DNA of 64,000 nt. Source: the human T2T-CHM13v2.0 reference genome, Homo sapiens. Numbering within the stretch: position 1 is the stretch's first letter; every line of letters begins with the position of its first letter. Under the pieces are notes generated by a model that was given only the letters and a program-made list of their open reading frames with translations, did no database searches and was not told the DNA's origin. Location of the stretch: assembly GCF_009914755.1 (NCBI RefSeq), contig NC_060928.1; one strand, written 5' to 3'. Both the position numbers and the translations under genes were made by a program. This document shows positions 1 through 64,000 of this stretch, in pieces.

Positions 1-2114
<2,114 letters not shown>

Positions 2115-2164
2115 AGATACCACCTCCATTCTCAAAAAACTCAGTCTAGTATGAGAAAGGGACT

Positions 2165-3970
2165 TTGAAAGTTCAGTTCAGTTTATTACAGTGTCAAGTA
2201 GATTTACAACTATTGCACTTATCATTCTGCTGACAGAAGGCCAAAACTGAAGATTGAGATTTTCCTCTAATAAAGATAGGTTTTCAGAATCTTCAATATA
2301 AGATGTTAAAATTATAAAGGCAAAGATATATACCTCATGTTCCATTCCATATCCTTCCTGCTGTTGTACAGTTTGCTGCAAATGATAATTTAATTTGGAT
2401 AATGCTTTAAATCATTGATTTCTCATGAAATTACTTTTGAGTGAAATTTGACAAGAATTTTCTTTATACTCTCTTCTTTACCAAAACGTATTAGAAGTCC
2501 CCATAGTCCAAAATAAAATGTAACCATAGAATGGGGAGATAACTTTAGTCAAAGACCAAGTAAATATTACCTTCTTTGCAGAACTCCAGGTTGTAGTCAC
2601 GTAAAAGTGTGGCCACTTGTTGCTTAACTTTTTGGACAATGGGAAAAAAAAAACAATAAAAGCTAAAATGTGGTCCAGCATATGAAACTCTTCTCAAAAA
2701 CAGAAGAAAGTCATGACCATTGTTGGGAAAGTGTTTTACATTTCCAATGAAATTCTATTCCATTGATCTGTTTGGATGATTGTCTTCAACCTATTTGGCT
2801 CTAGCCCATAAATTGTAATTGATTCAGTCATGTAAAGAACCACTTTTATCTTAAGCTTAGAATTTATAACAATGGAAAGCAGGAAAGTGGTTTTTCATTC
2901 ACTCTAATAATTGTGCAGGGATAAGCTAGAGAAAAAATAAAACAAAAAAGTACCAGTCTTCTGTCCTCTTAAATTATTTTTCATTCTGATTATATTACAA
3001 AGAAATGAGCTGTGGAGGTTTGGCACTGTTTTCCATCTTAACAGTTGTTCTGTATTGTAAGATTTTATATGTGATTCATAATGTACTACTATAACAAGAC
3101 ACAGTTTTTATATATTACTGGAATAATGCAAAGAAAATGAATTTTCCTTTGGGTCCAGTAATTGTCAAAGGAATGATTGCAGATTCAGAAAATGTGCTTT
3201 GTAATAACCCTGTTAACATAAAGTATACACTGAGGAAAAAAATAAGTATGGCACATATATGGAAGGATTAGTTGTATTAGCAAGGCATTTCAGGGATGGT
3301 TTTGGTTCTTTAGACTAAGTAAGATACATCCAATTTAGACCCCCTTCAAATCCTTAGACAAATGGGAATCACTTGGTAACATAAAGATTATTTTGGTGGG
3401 CAGGGGCTGATTTCACCATGTGCTTACAAATGCTCCAACTAGTCAGTAAACTATCCCATCTGAAGGAAGGATTTGCTCTGGTAATAAGGCTGATATGCTC
3501 AAGCTGTAAGAATTAATTTGAATATCAAAAATGAAATTGAGATTGCTAACCATGTCCTGATAGTTACAGCATGTAGAATATTAAATGTCCTCTTTTTTAA
3601 CTAAAGTAAAAAAATGAAGAAGCATGGTTAATTCACTTGTGCTGATTAAAACAGATGTCCACGTGCAACTTCTGTGTGTGAGCCTCCCCATGCTGCCATG
3701 CCACCAGATGCTTTCCCTTCACCTTGCTAATCCCACTAGATGTTTTCCTCGGTAGAATCCTAGCTCATGGGTTTCCATGTGCATGTTTCTATTGTAATGA
3801 AAATTAACTACAAAATCTGAACGTTTTCTGCTTTCAGAAAATTCTAGTGTACCATGTACAGCTTAGATATTTCTTTTTCAGTTAAAAAAAATAGTGCAAA
3901 AACATATCTGATAGTCAAGGTGATAGTTCAAGTGAGTTCTTGTGCCAAGGAACACAGACAAGCTTCTCCT
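2165..3970 (-). other. SH3D19: SH3D19 3'UTR (~1.8 kb; distal end approximate)
   Basis: Alu-free, AT-rich stretch from the stop codon to the polyA signal; Alu/L2 sequence resumes just beyond it. Confidence 0.75.
2182..2187 (-). terminator. Polyadenylation signal AATAAA
   Basis: Plus-strand tttatt at the end of the repeat-free UTR, followed on the minus strand by T-rich sequence. Confidence 0.7.
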
Positions 3971-61269
<57,299 letters not shown>

Positions 61270-62300
61270 CTGTTGAAGAAGGAATAAACTGGTATAGTAC
61301 AAAATTAGTATGTTTGGTAAGGGTTTAAATTTTTACAAAGTACACAATTGGAAAAAGCTTATACTTGACATCATATAGAATGTATGAATTTTAATATCCT
61401 TAAAAAAAAGTAAATCAAAACAATCATTTTATTAGCATAAAGTTAATTATGGTTATATATTAGAGATTGCATAATACATAGATTTCAAAAACTCCCCAAA
61501 GAACATTCTGTAGTTGTGAAAATAGTTTGAAGAATGAACAGAGAAAAGAAGACAGCTATTAAATATAAATTGCATGGCTGGAGTATTAAGATGATGACAT
61601 GAAGTAACAATGGGCAGAAAAAATTTTAAATATCGATTCCAATCTATATGACTATGCTTTTGTGATGTTTGTTTATAAATCTATTGTAGAATGAAACTGG
61701 TCAAATTTTCATCTTTTGTCTAACTTATCTGACATTTTATAACCTTTAAGTTGTTTTATTATTTATTTTGAGACAGGGTCTCACCCTGTTGCTCAGGCTG
61801 GAGAGCAGTGACATGATGTTCAGGGCTCAATGCAGCCTCAAGTTCCCAGGCTCAAGTGATCCTCCTGCCTCAGCCTCCCAAGTAGCTGGGACTACAGGCA
61901 CATGACACCATGCCTTGGTAATTTTTTGTATGTTTCGCAGAGATGAGGTTTCGCCATGTTGCTGGTCTCAAGCTCCTGGGTTCAAGCGATCCTCCTGCCT
62001 GGGCTTCCCAAAGTGCTGGGATTACAGGCATGAGCCACTATGCCCAGCCTTTTATTACTTAAACTAAGATATAATAATTAATGTAAAAGGTGTTCAAATC
62101 ACTTTTATAAACTTGTTTATAGCACATATTATTGTATATGCAGCACTGACTTTTTCCTTAAGTCTCAAACTCAAGTCCTTAAGCTTGATAGTTTAAATTT
62201 TTTCCCAAATTTTATTTTATAAAGTAAACTAAGTTTTAATCGGATAATCTAGAACATATCACATATGGGGTCATTTTTTTTTCTTTTTTTTTTTTTTTGA

Positions 62301-62881
<581 letters not shown>

Positions 62882-63855
62882 TGATCCTCCCACCTCGGCC
62901 TCCCAAAGTGCTGGGATTACAGGCATGAGCCACCACGCCCGGCCTACCTCTATTTTTCATGGAACATATTCTAAAGATCTCTTTGGGGAAAAAAATCTTC
63001 TAATACTATAGTGTAAAGATCTGTGCACAAAGGAAATTTGTTTCAGATATAAACTATTTTAACCAGTTGCTTTCATATCTCAGTAATACTCAACTTGTTC
63101 AATTCTTCCTATTTGAAAAGATTGGAAGCATAGATCTTTCCCCCCTATTAACTTCTGCTTCTCTCTGAACAAGGAGGCTGTCAAAACTAGGGGAGGCAGG
63201 GGTGGAAGTGGAAGGTGGGAATGAAGTTTAGGCTGGATTGGAGCCGTAACAGGTGAACCTCTGCTGGGTTGGCAAAGCAAACCTCTAAGATCTGAAACCA
63301 AACCCCTGGGTTTCTACTTGGAGGATGTCCTCATATTCATATCATCAACTGGTTTGACTGACTATTAACATTTTTATCAAGAGCTAAACCAAGCTGACAG
63401 GGAGGCTAGAGCTCTGCATGGTGTGTCTGATTTGTAAGAATGGTTTCATTAAGTCAGAGGCCCATTCAAGTTTGCTACAATCACATCACCACCATCACTA
63501 ATGCTGAAATCAGCAGGGATAACACTTTTAAAAGACTTCATGTTATCATCACAAACATACCTCTTCCACGGGGCATTTTTGCTGTGTACTATTCATGAGT
63601 GCTAAGGGAAAAAAAGAAGGGGTTATAGAAGAGGAAAGGAAGAGAAAAGAGTGAACCTAGTTGCCTAAGCTTTAAAAGGAATTCAGGAGCATGACTGTCT
63701 TGCCATACCACTGTTTTTCCCTGCTATGCACACTTAAATGGAAAAGCAAAGTTGATGATCCACAGATTCAGAGAGTAAAGAAATACTGCCGCAAAGATTT
63801 GTCTGTGCAGACCAGGATATCCACACACATAACCAGTTGAAAAACCCGCTTGTAG

Positions 63856-63984
<129 letters not shown>

Positions 63985-64000
63985 TGAGTAGCTGGGACTA

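Overview
Primate (almost certainly human) genomic DNA, Alu-dense. The window holds the 3' ~59 kb of SH3D19 (EBP/Eve-1) on the minus strand. I traced 18 coding exons by hand (61269 down to the TAG stop at 3971-3973), all with GT-AG boundaries and matching phases. They are followed by a ~1.8 kb 3'UTR ending near an AATAAA at 2182-2187. From the ATG at 57235 the spliced frame gives 790 aa: a proline-rich region plus five SH3 domains. The frame stays open and Met-free for more than 200 further codons upstream and runs off the window, so the first exon(s) and promoter lie beyond position 64000. Introns contain several dozen Alus, an old L1 3' end, L1PA fragments, a solo LTR7 (HERV-H) with a perfect TSD, a MER21-type LTR, MER3, L2 remnants and a rare SVA2 VNTR retroelement. 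I found no wholly new system. The best leads are a cluster of short linear motifs in the N-terminal extension (PxIxIT-like, PPxY, TQT, clathrin box), frame-preserving splice switches, and several unusual retroelement structures. Family assignments come from recalled consensus sequences, not from a search.
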